Source of the DNA: Raoultibacter sp.
GTDB taxonomy: Bacteria > Actinomycetota > Coriobacteriia > Coriobacteriales > Eggerthellaceae
Assembly: GCA_050945135.1 (NCBI GenBank)
Contig: JBMNSJ010000002.1
Span: forward strand, 6,798-70,797
Length of the DNA stretch: 64,000 bases
Direction of reading: 5' to 3'
A program made the translations under genes and the position numbers. The notes under the pieces are model-generated. The model was not told the DNA's origin. It ran no database searches and worked only from the letters and a program-made list of their open reading frames with translations. Positions 40,653 through 48,802 of this stretch are shown here, one piece after another (the first letter of the stretch is position 1; each line of letters starts with the position of its first letter).

Positions 40653-42074
40653 CTAGCGAGCACTGCGCGTATTTGCCTTGCTGCGTTGTTTTCTTTCGTA
40701 CATCTTGTCATCGGCAAGATCGAGGAGTTTCCAGAAATCGGTATTATCGTCGGGGTAGTGAGCAACGCCAAAACTTCCCTTGCAAGATACAAGCTCGTTT
40801 TCAATCTTAAGGGGGGTTTGCAATACCTCAAGAATATGATTGCCTTTATCGAAGGTTTCCTCGACGCTGATATTTTCGAGAAGGAAAATAAATTCATCGC
40901 CTCCGTAGCGGTAGCACCGATTGCGGGTTAATTCGTTTTCTTGAAAAAGAGTTGAGATGTGGGTAAGGAGGGCATCTCCGCCAACATGACCATAGGTATC
41001 GTTTACTCCTTTAAAGCCATCAAGGTCGAGAAAAATTAGGGATATGCCCTTTTCAATCTTGTTTGGCTCTTTCAAGAGCTCGTGAAAGTCGGCTTCAAGC
41101 TTGCGGCGATTGCCGATTCCTGTGAGCTGATCGTGAAAAGCCATGCGTCGGATTAATAATTCGTTGTTCTTCGCTTCGTTGATGTCGGTGCTTGATACCA
41201 CTTGCGCCATGCGTCCATCAACCCACTCGAAGGCAGCACAGATAACTCGAAACCAGGTTCCGTCAAAGGGACGCTGGTAGTCCCAGGAATGAATTTTGCT
41301 CGGCTGACCCTGCTCGTCAATAAGCTCTTTTTTCGGACAGTACTCGCATTCTTCTTGCTGTCCATCATAAAGTGCTTCATGGCAAGTTTTATCTTGCATG
41401 TTTTTCCAGCCGCCATAAGGCTCAGCCATCGATTTGTTTGCGTATAGCATCTCGTGAGTTTCGAAATCATTTACGTAAATGTCGAAGCCGAGGTGATCCA
41501 TAATGTTTTCGAGGGCAGCTCCTGTGTATTCAAGACGACGCTTGTATATACGGGAGTGAGAACGCCTCATGATGAGGCCAAGTATTGTTTGGGCTTGAGA
41601 AAATTCGGTTTCTGTTAGGGGGTGGTGCTTGCGCTTGTCAGCCATGCCGACACAGCCGATAATGTTGCCTTCTTCGCCAATGATGAATACGACAAAAGAA
41701 CTTTCTTCATCGAAAAAGGAGCTCAGTTTTATTTGGAGCGAGTTCCTGTCAAAATTTTTGGTAGCACAGCACCATGGATTATTCTCAATATAAGTGATTT
41801 CTTGAGGGCTAAATAATTCTTCAAGCGTAAACGAAGGCACCAAGGCATCATGGGCAAAGGTAGCAGAGTGTTCATGAAGTACGAGACGCTTTTGTGGATC
41901 GGATTCATAAACGAAAACACTTCCGAAGCGAAAGAAATCACGCACTTTTTCGAGCGCTTGAGTAAAGCGGAGTGGCGAGGCAAAGCCATCGTTTACTCCG
42001 AGAACGACATCGAGAAGCGTCGCATTAAACAGAGCTAAATCCTCTGCTTCTGACTGAGTATTTCTTTCAATCAA
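40653..42074 (-). CDS. GAF / Cys-rich PAS / GGDEF diguanylate cyclase
   Basis: Intact GGDEF (YRYGGDEFIFLL) preceded by DQLTGIGNRR, with no RxxD I-site. The PAS-like segment carries C-x17-C-x2-C (CHEALYDGQQEECEYC). It lies 36 nt upstream of the ABC-F gene on the same strand. Confidence 0.88.
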   Translation of the reverse strand: MIERNTQSEAEDLALFNATLLDVVLGVNDGFASPLRFTQALEKVRDFFRFGSVFVYESDPQKRLVLHEHSATFAHDALVPSFTLEELFSPQEITYIENNPWCCATKNFDRNSLQIKLSSFFDEESSFVVFIIGEEGNIIGCVGMADKRKHHPLTETEFSQAQTILGLIMRRSHSRIYKRRLEYTGAALENIMDHLGFDIYVNDFETHEMLYANKSMAEPYGGWKNMQDKTCHEALYDGQQEECEYCPKKELIDEQGQPSKIHSWDYQRPFDGTWFRVICAAFEWVDGRMAQVVSSTDINEAKNNELLIRRMAFHDQLTGIGNRRKLEADFHELLKEPNKIEKGISLIFLDLDGFKGVNDTYGHVGGDALLTHISTLFQENELTRNRCYRYGGDEFIFLLENISVEETFDKGNHILEVLQTPLKIENELVSCKGSFGVAHYPDDNTDFWKLLDLADDKMYERKQRSKANTRSAR

Positions 42075-42191
42075 GAGACCACCTAGTTACTTCTTGACCA
42101 ACAAAGTCACCAGTATATCAAACATGTTCTTCGAAAACGGATTTCAACAGGTTACAATTCTTGCTAGCATACATTTTTTTGAAAGGGAATC

Positions 42192-42944
42192 ATGTCTGAT
42201 TATATTGAGGGAAAGCGTCCAGTTCTTGAGGCCTTAAAAACACATATACCGCTCAAGACGATTCTCATGGCTGATAATCTTAAGCGTGACGGGCTCGTTG
42301 AGGATATCTTGAGAAAAGCAAAAAAGGCCGAAGTGCCGGTAAAAATGGTTCGTCGCCGTGACCTTGATGACAAGTCCGAGAGGGGAAGCCATCAAGGGTT
42401 TATCGCAATCGCAAAGCCTTTCAATTACGTCAATGTTCAGACGATTATTGATGCAGCTGAATCTAGTGCAGCAGAGCGTGGGGGAGCAGCGCTGGTAATC
42501 ATTCTCGATCATATTACTGATTCGGGAAATCTTGGAGCAATCGCTCGAAGTGCTGAGGTTGTGGGTGCAAGCGGCATCATTATCCCAAACAAACGAAGTG
42601 CCCGGGTGAACGCCTCAACATACAAAAGCTCAGCGGGTGCTATTTCTCATATTCACGTGAGTCAGGTTGCAAATATCATCCAGGTGGTTGATCGCCTCAA
42701 AAAAGAGGGGTATTGGATTGCTGGAGCAAGCGAAAAGGCTTCGGGCAGTATCTGGGAGGCTAACCTCAAAGGAAAAATGGCACTTATCATGGGTAGTGAA
42801 GATGAAGGATTGGCGCGTCTTACCCAAGAGAACTGCGACTTCCTTATTCGTTTGCCGCAGGTTGGAAAAACGGGATCACTGAATGTGGCTCAGTCTGCAA
42901 CAGCGTGTATGTATGAGTGGTTTCGACAAAACGAAGTCAAATAG
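42192..42944 (+). CDS. rlmB: SpoU/TrmH-family 23S rRNA (guanosine-2'-O)-methyltransferase
   Basis: N-terminal substrate-binding domain plus SpoU motifs (LDHITDSGNLGAIARSA, LIMGSEDEGL, LNVAQSA). Confidence 0.88.
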   Translation: MSDYIEGKRPVLEALKTHIPLKTILMADNLKRDGLVEDILRKAKKAEVPVKMVRRRDLDDKSERGSHQGFIAIAKPFNYVNVQTIIDAAESSAAERGGAALVIILDHITDSGNLGAIARSAEVVGASGIIIPNKRSARVNASTYKSSAGAISHIHVSQVANIIQVVDRLKKEGYWIAGASEKASGSIWEANLKGKMALIMGSEDEGLARLTQENCDFLIRLPQVGKTGSLNVAQSATACMYEWFRQNEVK

Positions 42945-42958
42945 GGTGAAACGAATAC

Positions 42959-43492
42959 ATGTCCAGCAAAGCAAAAAAGCTTCTTATTGTTGATGGCTAC
43001 AATGTATTAAGGTCGGGAAGTCGCTATAAGACAATCACCGATCCCGACTACACTGATGATGCTTTTAATGCGGCACGTGAGGCGCTAATTAATGATGTGG
43101 TCAGCTTTGCGGGACGCGAGTGGAATGCCGTCATCGTTTTCGATGCAACGAATAACGAGCATTCTGCAGGAGAAACTGAAATAATCGGAGGCGTAAGGAT
43201 ACTTTTTTCGCCTTATCAGCAATCAGCCGACAAGGTAATCGAAGAGCTTGCGCATGATGCACGTAGACGTCAGGTCGAAACCCTAGTGGTTACAAGTGAT
43301 GCGAGTATTCAAGATGCAGTTTTTGGTGGAGGCATCGACAGAATGAGCGCCAATGATTTCAGCTGGGAAATCAATACTTTAGGCGAGGAACGACGACGCG
43401 AAAGCGAGATTTCGGTGGCTCAGAAAAATACGCTTGCTGCACGATTGAGTCCCGAAATGCGTAAAAAACTAGAAGAGCTCAGAGACCAGTAA
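42959..43492 (+). CDS. YacP-like NYN-domain RNase
   Basis: LLIVDGYNV start, then VVFDA and TSD motifs typical of YacP/Rae1-type NYN proteins. It is adjacent to rlmB, as in Firmicutes. Confidence 0.8.
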   Translation: MSSKAKKLLIVDGYNVLRSGSRYKTITDPDYTDDAFNAAREALINDVVSFAGREWNAVIVFDATNNEHSAGETEIIGGVRILFSPYQQSADKVIEELAHDARRRQVETLVVTSDASIQDAVFGGGIDRMSANDFSWEINTLGEERRRESEISVAQKNTLAARLSPEMRKKLEELRDQ

Positions 43493-43510
43493 AAAATCAT
43501 CAAGCCAGAC

Positions 43511-43643
43511 TCGTTACGTAATGAAGGTTTGGAACCTCAAGATGAACCCGAATAAACTGAGGTCTTAGGAGGCAGCTTAGATTGAGTGAAAACCTGAAGT
43601 AGCGTACTTCGTTACGTAATGAAGGTTTGGAACCTCAAGATGA
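43511..43643. repeat. Two identical 35-nt direct repeats, 98 bp apart
   Basis: tcgttacgtaatgaaggtttggaacctcaagatga occurs at 43511-43545 and again at 43609-43643. Each copy contains the palindrome TTACGTAA. Confidence 0.95.
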
Positions 43644-43659
43644 GCTGCCTCCTAAGACC
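43561..43659. repeat. Perfect 17-bp inverted repeat enclosing the second direct repeat
   Basis: ggtcttaggaggcagct (43561-43577) is the reverse complement of agctgcctcctaagacc (43643-43659). Confidence 0.95.
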
Positions 43660-44076
43660 GGAGAAAGAGGCGGCCCGGGGAGAGGGGAGCTCCACCGGGC
43701 CAACAAGGAGGGGAAAACACGACGCTCAAAGCGCCGTTACTGCTTCAAGTTAGGAAACAGTGCAAATACCGGGAGGGGAAGATCCCTGTATTGCAAGACC
43801 TATTATAAAAGGTCGCGTTGCAGAACCTGTGATAGGGGCGTGTGCGTCTTGTGAATCATATTTCCGCAAAGTAACGATGAAAATACTCACAATCCACCCT
43901 CAGAAACGCGCTCATGGCTTGTAGTTGAGGTATTAATGCTCGTCAACTTGGATAAAAGCTAGCTCTTCATGCGAGGGATTAAGCAAGTTAGACAAAATGC
44001 AATTCTGAGACACCCCGAGCATAATCTATCTGCTTCAAGCATGTTTCATTTAATTCGAGCATCTTGTCAAAAATTC

Positions 44077-44181
44077 TCAGTAGTGCGCGATTTTTCTTGT
44101 ACTCTACGAGCAAATACGTATAAATTCGAGAATACTAGCTCATTTTGGTACTTCGCTCGCTTTTGAATCGCGCACTACTGA
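44077..44181. repeat. Perfect 16-bp inverted repeat with a 73-nt spacer
   Basis: tcagtagtgcgcgatt (44077-44092) is the reverse complement of aatcgcgcactactga (44166-44181). Confidence 0.95.
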
Positions 44182-44441
44182 AAAACTTATCCGTGGCTAC
44201 CTTGTTTTAAAGCAGTGGTTGCCGCCAGCACCTTATTTCTACACACCTGTCGCCATCTTCAGCCAAGAACCAAGCGAAGCCAATCTTCTAATTGGCACTA
44301 CTTCCGATAGACAGCAGGCGATGTACAGTTCAAAAAACTAAATTAAACGGGAAAGCAAGCGATATTGAACTGAGGGGGAATCTGCGGCATCAGACGCACG
44401 ATTCGTCCGATACTAGAAGCGACTCAAGATAATAAGACAAG

Positions 44442-44471
44442 ATAAAAAGGATGCCACTTGATGTGACACCC
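44442..44471 (-). terminator. Putative intrinsic terminator of bfr
   Basis: The minus strand reads GGGTGTCAC-ATCAA-GTGGCATCC, a 9-bp stem with two G.U pairs, followed by TTTTTAT. Confidence 0.6.
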
Positions 44472-44529
44472 TTTACATGAACACTCACTCTATCCTCTAA
44501 ATCGAGATAAACAAGATGTATCAGAAGTG

Positions 44530-44994
44530 CTAGACCTGGGTCGTTAAGAAAATGTTTAGCGTCATCTGATCTACTTGATCTTGCAGCTCTTCAATTTCGT
44601 CAATATGAGCATCTTCGTCATTGAGAATTTGTACGAGAATATCTCTCGTTGCGTAATCATTTACTTCACCAGCAAGAACAATCGCTTCGTTATAGAGTTT
44701 GATTGCTCCAGCTTCAGCTTCATGGTCGAAGCTTAATTGCTCAGGAACTGCGCCACCAATGTTGATGGTGTCAAGCTTCGTTACAACAGGAGTGCCTTCC
44801 AGGAATAGGATTCGTTCGATGAGTTTTTCTGCATGCCTCATTTCGGCGATTGAACGAGTTTTAGAAACTGCACTCAGTTTCGTATAGCCCCAATCCTCAC
44901 ACATTTCTGCATGCACTATGTATTGATTGATTGCGGCGAGCTCGCTCGCGAGTAAATCGTTGAGCATATCGATTAGTTTTGGATTGCCCTGCAT
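44530..44994 (-). CDS. bfr: Bacterioferritin
   Basis: 154 aa ferritin-like four-helix protein. It has Bfr-type ferroxidase residues and the haem-ligand Met context (AEMRHAEKLIERILFLEG). Confidence 0.88.
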   Translation of the reverse strand: MQGNPKLIDMLNDLLASELAAINQYIVHAEMCEDWGYTKLSAVSKTRSIAEMRHAEKLIERILFLEGTPVVTKLDTINIGGAVPEQLSFDHEAEAGAIKLYNEAIVLAGEVNDYATRDILVQILNDEDAHIDEIEELQDQVDQMTLNIFLTTQV

Positions 44995-45180
44995 GGTAAT
45001 ACCCCTTTCATACGTCCTTTTTCTGTGCTCTTGCCTGTCTTATGTGGTTCCTTTGAAAGAAATCTACTGGCTAAATTCTGCTCATATAAGCATCTAACCC
45101 ACGAGTTAAATCATAGCAAGGAATCATGTTTATCTCTGTTGTGTTGCGATTTTGTTGTCGAGTGTTTTCATCCATGAAAC

Positions 45181-45211
45181 AAAAAACCCTCACCACTACT
45201 GGGCAAGGGTT
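45181..45211 (-). terminator. Putative terminator of the minus-strand acyl-CoA dehydrogenase gene
   Basis: The minus strand reads AACCCT-15 nt-AGGGTT followed by TTTTT. A second 8-bp hairpin (45226-45251) lies just upstream. The structure is only moderately convincing. Confidence 0.45.
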
Positions 45212-45276
45212 TGTTTGTAAGGGGCTGCCCACCCGAGTGCTCAGGTGGGCAAAATACTTCGTAATCAGAAGTTGGT

Positions 45277-46488
45277 TTATGCGAGCGATCCGCCTGCAAG
45301 CCAAGTCTGGTACTCAACGTGGCCGTTGAATTTGTCAACGTTACGAGCGATGGTGATACGCTGAACGGTAGGAGCACCCTCTTCAAGCCACATAGCGCGA
45401 ACGTCACGATACATACGCTCGGTAGGACCATAAGGTGAATCCTCGAAGTAACCGTCGCCACCGAAGATCTCGAGCATCTCGTCAGAGACAACGCGAGTGG
45501 TGTCGATTGAGAAGAGCTTGCACATAGCGGCTTTCTCAGCAACGTACTCGTTGTGAGGATCAAGATCGTAGTCATCAGCGAAGTCGATAACCATGCAGCG
45601 AAGTGCGTGAATCATGGTTGCCATGTTAGCAATCTTCATCTTGATAGCCTGACGCTCGATGATTGGCTTGCCAAAGGTTACGCGATCGCGAGCACGAGCG
45701 ATTGACATCTCGAGCATACGCTGGCACATACCGAGGTTTGAGTCAGCAATGTGTACACGAGAGATAGCGAGTGAGTGCATTGCAACTTCCATGCCCTGAC
45801 CCTCTTCGCCGAGCAGGTATTTTGGATCAAGAACAACGTTGGTGAAACGGAAGCCAGCATGACCAGCACCGCGGCAGCCCATCATGTGAGGCATAGGAAC
45901 GAGTTCGAATCCAGGAAGATCCATAGGTACGAAGAATGCAGAGAGACGTGCGTCACCCTTCTTCTCAGGATCAGTTACAGCGATAACATAGGCATACTGT
46001 GAAACGTCGGTGTGAGAGATGAGCCATTTCTCACCATTAAGAACGTAGTTGCCATCAGCATCTTTGATTGCGGTTGAGTGCAGGTCAGCACCAGTACCAC
46101 CGGACTGCTCGGTAAGAGCGAAGTTGGTGAAGATGGTCTTGTCCTGGAACTTGTGCATGAACTCTTCTTTGAGCTCTGGTTTGCCGTAATCGTCAAGGAT
46201 GCGCCAGTTAAGGTCAGCAGCATAGTGAAGATGCATGCGCATTCCACCAGGACCACGGCTGAACTCTTCTTGTACCTGGAGGATTTCTTTTTCGGACAGT
46301 CCCCATCCGCCGTACTCCTCTGGCAAAGCGTAACGATAAAGGTCGTTCTCGATAGCGAGATCGATGAACTTCTGAGGGAACTTGTTGGTTACCTCAACCT
46401 CTTTTTGCATCTCTTCGAATGGTCCCTCGGCGAGCGCGCGGACTTTCTTGAGATAGTCTTTAAACTCTTGCTGTGTAAGCTTACTCAT
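45277..46488 (-). CDS. Acyl-CoA dehydrogenase family flavoprotein
   Basis: 403 aa with the three-domain ACAD layout (ALTEQSGGTGADL, GEKWLISH, C-terminal WLEEGAPTVQRITIAR carrying a candidate catalytic Glu). Confidence 0.85.
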   Translation of the reverse strand: MSKLTQQEFKDYLKKVRALAEGPFEEMQKEVEVTNKFPQKFIDLAIENDLYRYALPEEYGGWGLSEKEILQVQEEFSRGPGGMRMHLHYAADLNWRILDDYGKPELKEEFMHKFQDKTIFTNFALTEQSGGTGADLHSTAIKDADGNYVLNGEKWLISHTDVSQYAYVIAVTDPEKKGDARLSAFFVPMDLPGFELVPMPHMMGCRGAGHAGFRFTNVVLDPKYLLGEEGQGMEVAMHSLAISRVHIADSNLGMCQRMLEMSIARARDRVTFGKPIIERQAIKMKIANMATMIHALRCMVIDFADDYDLDPHNEYVAEKAAMCKLFSIDTTRVVSDEMLEIFGGDGYFEDSPYGPTERMYRDVRAMWLEEGAPTVQRITIARNVDKFNGHVEYQTWLAGGSLA

Positions 46489-46816
46489 GCATCCTCCTAT
46501 TAGATTAGATGTCTCGGACTATTGGATTCTACCGCGAACTAGCATCATGGCTTACCCGGAAATCCTTTCGTCTCAGTGTGCATCGCAGACACTCCTAGTG
46601 TCCAATAGGAAATGATAATGAGTTGACTCACGGTTTCATAGCCTGTTTCTATCAATCAACAAAAACCCCAGGTATTTGACCCCAAAACATCAAAAGTGTC
46701 CGAAAAACGTTTCAATAGTATTTGGCTATCAATTGCTTGTCTATAACACAGAAACAACCTATTGGACATGATGCCCCGTATGGGTGCAAACTTACCATTA
46801 TCGAAAGGAGATTGCT

Positions 46817-47971
46817 ATGGACTTTAGTTTGACAGTCGACCAAGAACTGCTCATTGAAAGTATTGAAGAGTTCGCAGATAGGTACTTTGATGAGGATACC
46901 GTGAACAAAATGTATGAGAATCACGGCATTCCGGACGAGATTGGCGAAGCTTACCGCGACGCTGGTTTCGCATTTATGGGACTCCCTGAGGAGTACGGTG
47001 GAATACCCTGCGACAAATTGACCCTCGGACTTATGACCGAGAAGCTCTATCATGCTACGGGTTGTATGACTCCGTTCATGACCGCAATGCTTGCTACAGC
47101 AGACGTTGCAGAATTTGGTACACCTGAACAGATTAACCTTGTTATTGAGCAATACAACAATTCAGGTAAGCCTATCGCATCACTTGCTTTGTCCGAACCA
47201 GGTGCTGGCTCAGATAACAAGGCGATGAGCACGTACACCAAAAAACAGCCTGATGGAACCTATATTATGAATGGTCAAAAGACCTGGGTTACCAATGGTG
47301 GAAACACTCCTTATATGTTAGTAGTAAGTAAAGACGAGCATCCTGCACATGCTAACGAGAGCATGTCTTTGTGGTTGCTTGATACTTCTACACCCGGTTT
47401 GTCTACAGTTGGTCTCGATAAAATCGGTCAGCAAATCATCCCCTTCGTCGATGTATTCTTTGATGAGGTACGTCTTACTGAGGATCAGCGCCTTGGTAAA
47501 GAAGGAGAAGGCTTCTTGCTTCTTATGAAGAACTTCGAGATTGAGCGTTGTCTTGTTGTTGCACAGAGTCTCGGACTTGCACAAGCTTGTATGGACGATG
47601 CTGCAGCATATGTATCAGAGCGCTACACCTTTGGTAAGCCAATCGGCGCTAATCCTTTGATTCAAGACATGCTTGCTGAGATGGAAACCATTCTTGAGAA
47701 TTCTCGCAACATGCTCTACAAGACTCTTTGGCAGCTCGACCAGGGAGAATCAGTTCGTGTTGAGGCGGCTTTGCTCAAGCGCTACGCAACAGTTGGATGC
47801 TCGAAGGTAGCCGACATGGCTCTCGAGATATTCGCTGCACTTGGATACACCACCGAGACTCGTGTTGGACGTATCTGGACCGACCTTCGTGGTAATCAGC
47901 TCGCCGGTGGTACCGTCGAGATTATGAGCTACATTGCTGGTCGTGAGCTCGTCAAGAAATATAAGAAATAA
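46817..47971 (+). CDS. CaiA-like acyl-CoA dehydrogenase/reductase
   Basis: MDFSLTVDQELL start and a C-terminal RIWTDLRGNQLAGGTVEIMSYIAGRELVKKYKK. These parallel E. coli CaiA as I recall it (MDFNLNDEQELF ... [32 protein letters not shown]). ATG 46817 follows AAAGGAG; the track ORF starts at 46784. Confidence 0.85.
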   Translation: MDFSLTVDQELLIESIEEFADRYFDEDTVNKMYENHGIPDEIGEAYRDAGFAFMGLPEEYGGIPCDKLTLGLMTEKLYHATGCMTPFMTAMLATADVAEFGTPEQINLVIEQYNNSGKPIASLALSEPGAGSDNKAMSTYTKKQPDGTYIMNGQKTWVTNGGNTPYMLVVSKDEHPAHANESMSLWLLDTSTPGLSTVGLDKIGQQIIPFVDVFFDEVRLTEDQRLGKEGEGFLLLMKNFEIERCLVVAQSLGLAQACMDDAAAYVSERYTFGKPIGANPLIQDMLAEMETILENSRNMLYKTLWQLDQGESVRVEAALLKRYATVGCSKVADMALEIFAALGYTTETRVGRIWTDLRGNQLAGGTVEIMSYIAGRELVKKYKK

Positions 47972-48026
47972 GGATTATCAAATCCGTAAACGATAAACCT
48001 ACGAGAAAAGGAATTGAGGGTAGAAT

Positions 48027-48794
48027 ATGAAAATCGTAGTAGCGGTAAAAGTCGTTCCTGATGATCAAGACATTGTTGTCGCGTCCGACCGTAACCTCGA
48101 TTATTCGAAAGCTCATCAAATCATTAGCACCTATGACCTAAATGCTATTGAGGCAGCAGCTCAGACAGCTGAAGCCTGTGGCGCTAGTGTGGTGGCTATC
48201 TCTGCAAGCAAGAAAGCTGCAGATGATCTTAAGGTTAAGAAAAGCATCCTTTCCCGCGGTATCGATGAGTTATTCATGGTTGCCGACGATGCAATGGATG
48301 ATGCAGAATCTCGCCCAACCGCGAAGGTTTTGCAGGCTCTTCTCGGACAAGTTGGCGATTATGACCTAATCCTTTGTGGTGACGGTTCAGCCGATAACTA
48401 CGCTGGACAGGTAGACGTACAGCTTGCGTCACTGCTTGGTATCCCTGTAGTAAATGGCGTAACTGCACTTCGCGTTGAAGATGGCAAAGCTATCGTTGAG
48501 CGCACCTTTGACACTGAAGTCGAAGAGGTTGAGGTTAGTCTTCCAGCTATCGTTTCGGTTTCACCAGACATCGCTGTTCCTCGCATTGCGGGAATGCGCG
48601 AGATTCTTGCCGCAGGAAAGAAACCTGCTGCAATCCAGACGCTTGATGAGGTCGGCGTAAGCATTGACTCTGCCTTCCAGGTTGAAGAAGTTAAGGCTCC
48701 CGAACTTGCTGAGCGCAAAAATGAAATATTCGACATGTCCAAGGATGGCGACTTCGATTCCTTCGTCGCTGTTGTCACTGAAGCACTTCGTTAG
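48027..48794 (+). CDS. etfB: Electron transfer flavoprotein beta subunit, FixA-like
   Basis: MKIVVAVKVVPDDQDI, YDLNAIEAA and DLILCGDGSADNYAGQV closely parallel E. coli FixA as I recall it (DLILCGDGSSDLYAQQV). Confidence 0.9.
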   Translation: MKIVVAVKVVPDDQDIVVASDRNLDYSKAHQIISTYDLNAIEAAAQTAEACGASVVAISASKKAADDLKVKKSILSRGIDELFMVADDAMDDAESRPTAKVLQALLGQVGDYDLILCGDGSADNYAGQVDVQLASLLGIPVVNGVTALRVEDGKAIVERTFDTEVEEVEVSLPAIVSVSPDIAVPRIAGMREILAAGKKPAAIQTLDEVGVSIDSAFQVEEVKAPELAERKNEIFDMSKDGDFDSFVAVVTEALR

Positions 48795-48802
48795 AAAGGC
48801 GG

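Larger units (their letters stand above)
43493..44441. other. Roughly 0.95-kb non-coding island between convergent genes (yacP forward, bfr reverse)
   Basis: No minus-strand ORF of 60 aa or more. The two plus-strand ORFs (75 and 65 aa) have no RBS, and their composition or context looks non-coding. The region is dense in direct and inverted repeats and consecutive hairpins. Confidence 0.7.

Noticed and set aside
43511-43643. The 35-nt direct repeats as a CRISPR array
   Set aside because: There are only two copies. The spacer is 63 nt and contains one arm of an inverted repeat. No cas genes are anywhere in the window. I kept it as an unexplained repeat module instead.
43627-44166. ORFs 43627-43854 (75 aa) and 43969-44166 (65 aa) as protein genes
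   Set aside because: Neither has an RBS at a proper distance. The first is Arg/Gly/Lys/Cys-rich in a way typical of out-of-frame translation of G-rich DNA. The second ends exactly at an inverted-repeat arm. Neither shows a recognisable motif.
43493-44441. A known housekeeping RNA (RNase P RNA, tmRNA, SRP RNA, cobalamin or c-di-GMP riboswitch) in the non-coding island
   Set aside because: I looked for hallmark strings: GGAAAGUCCGGGC, a tRNA-like 3' end with GGUUCGAnUCC, the SRP GGAA/AGCA motifs, the GCCACUG B12 box and the ACGCAAAGCC GEMM core. None was found on either strand. A riboswitch is also unlikely because no gene lies downstream.
44995-45140. A Fur or DtxR/IdeR box in the bfr promoter
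   Set aside because: There are only loose resemblances (GATAAACATGATTCC to a Fur box, TTAGATGCTTAT to an IdeR box). Neither forms the expected 19-bp palindrome, so no call was made.
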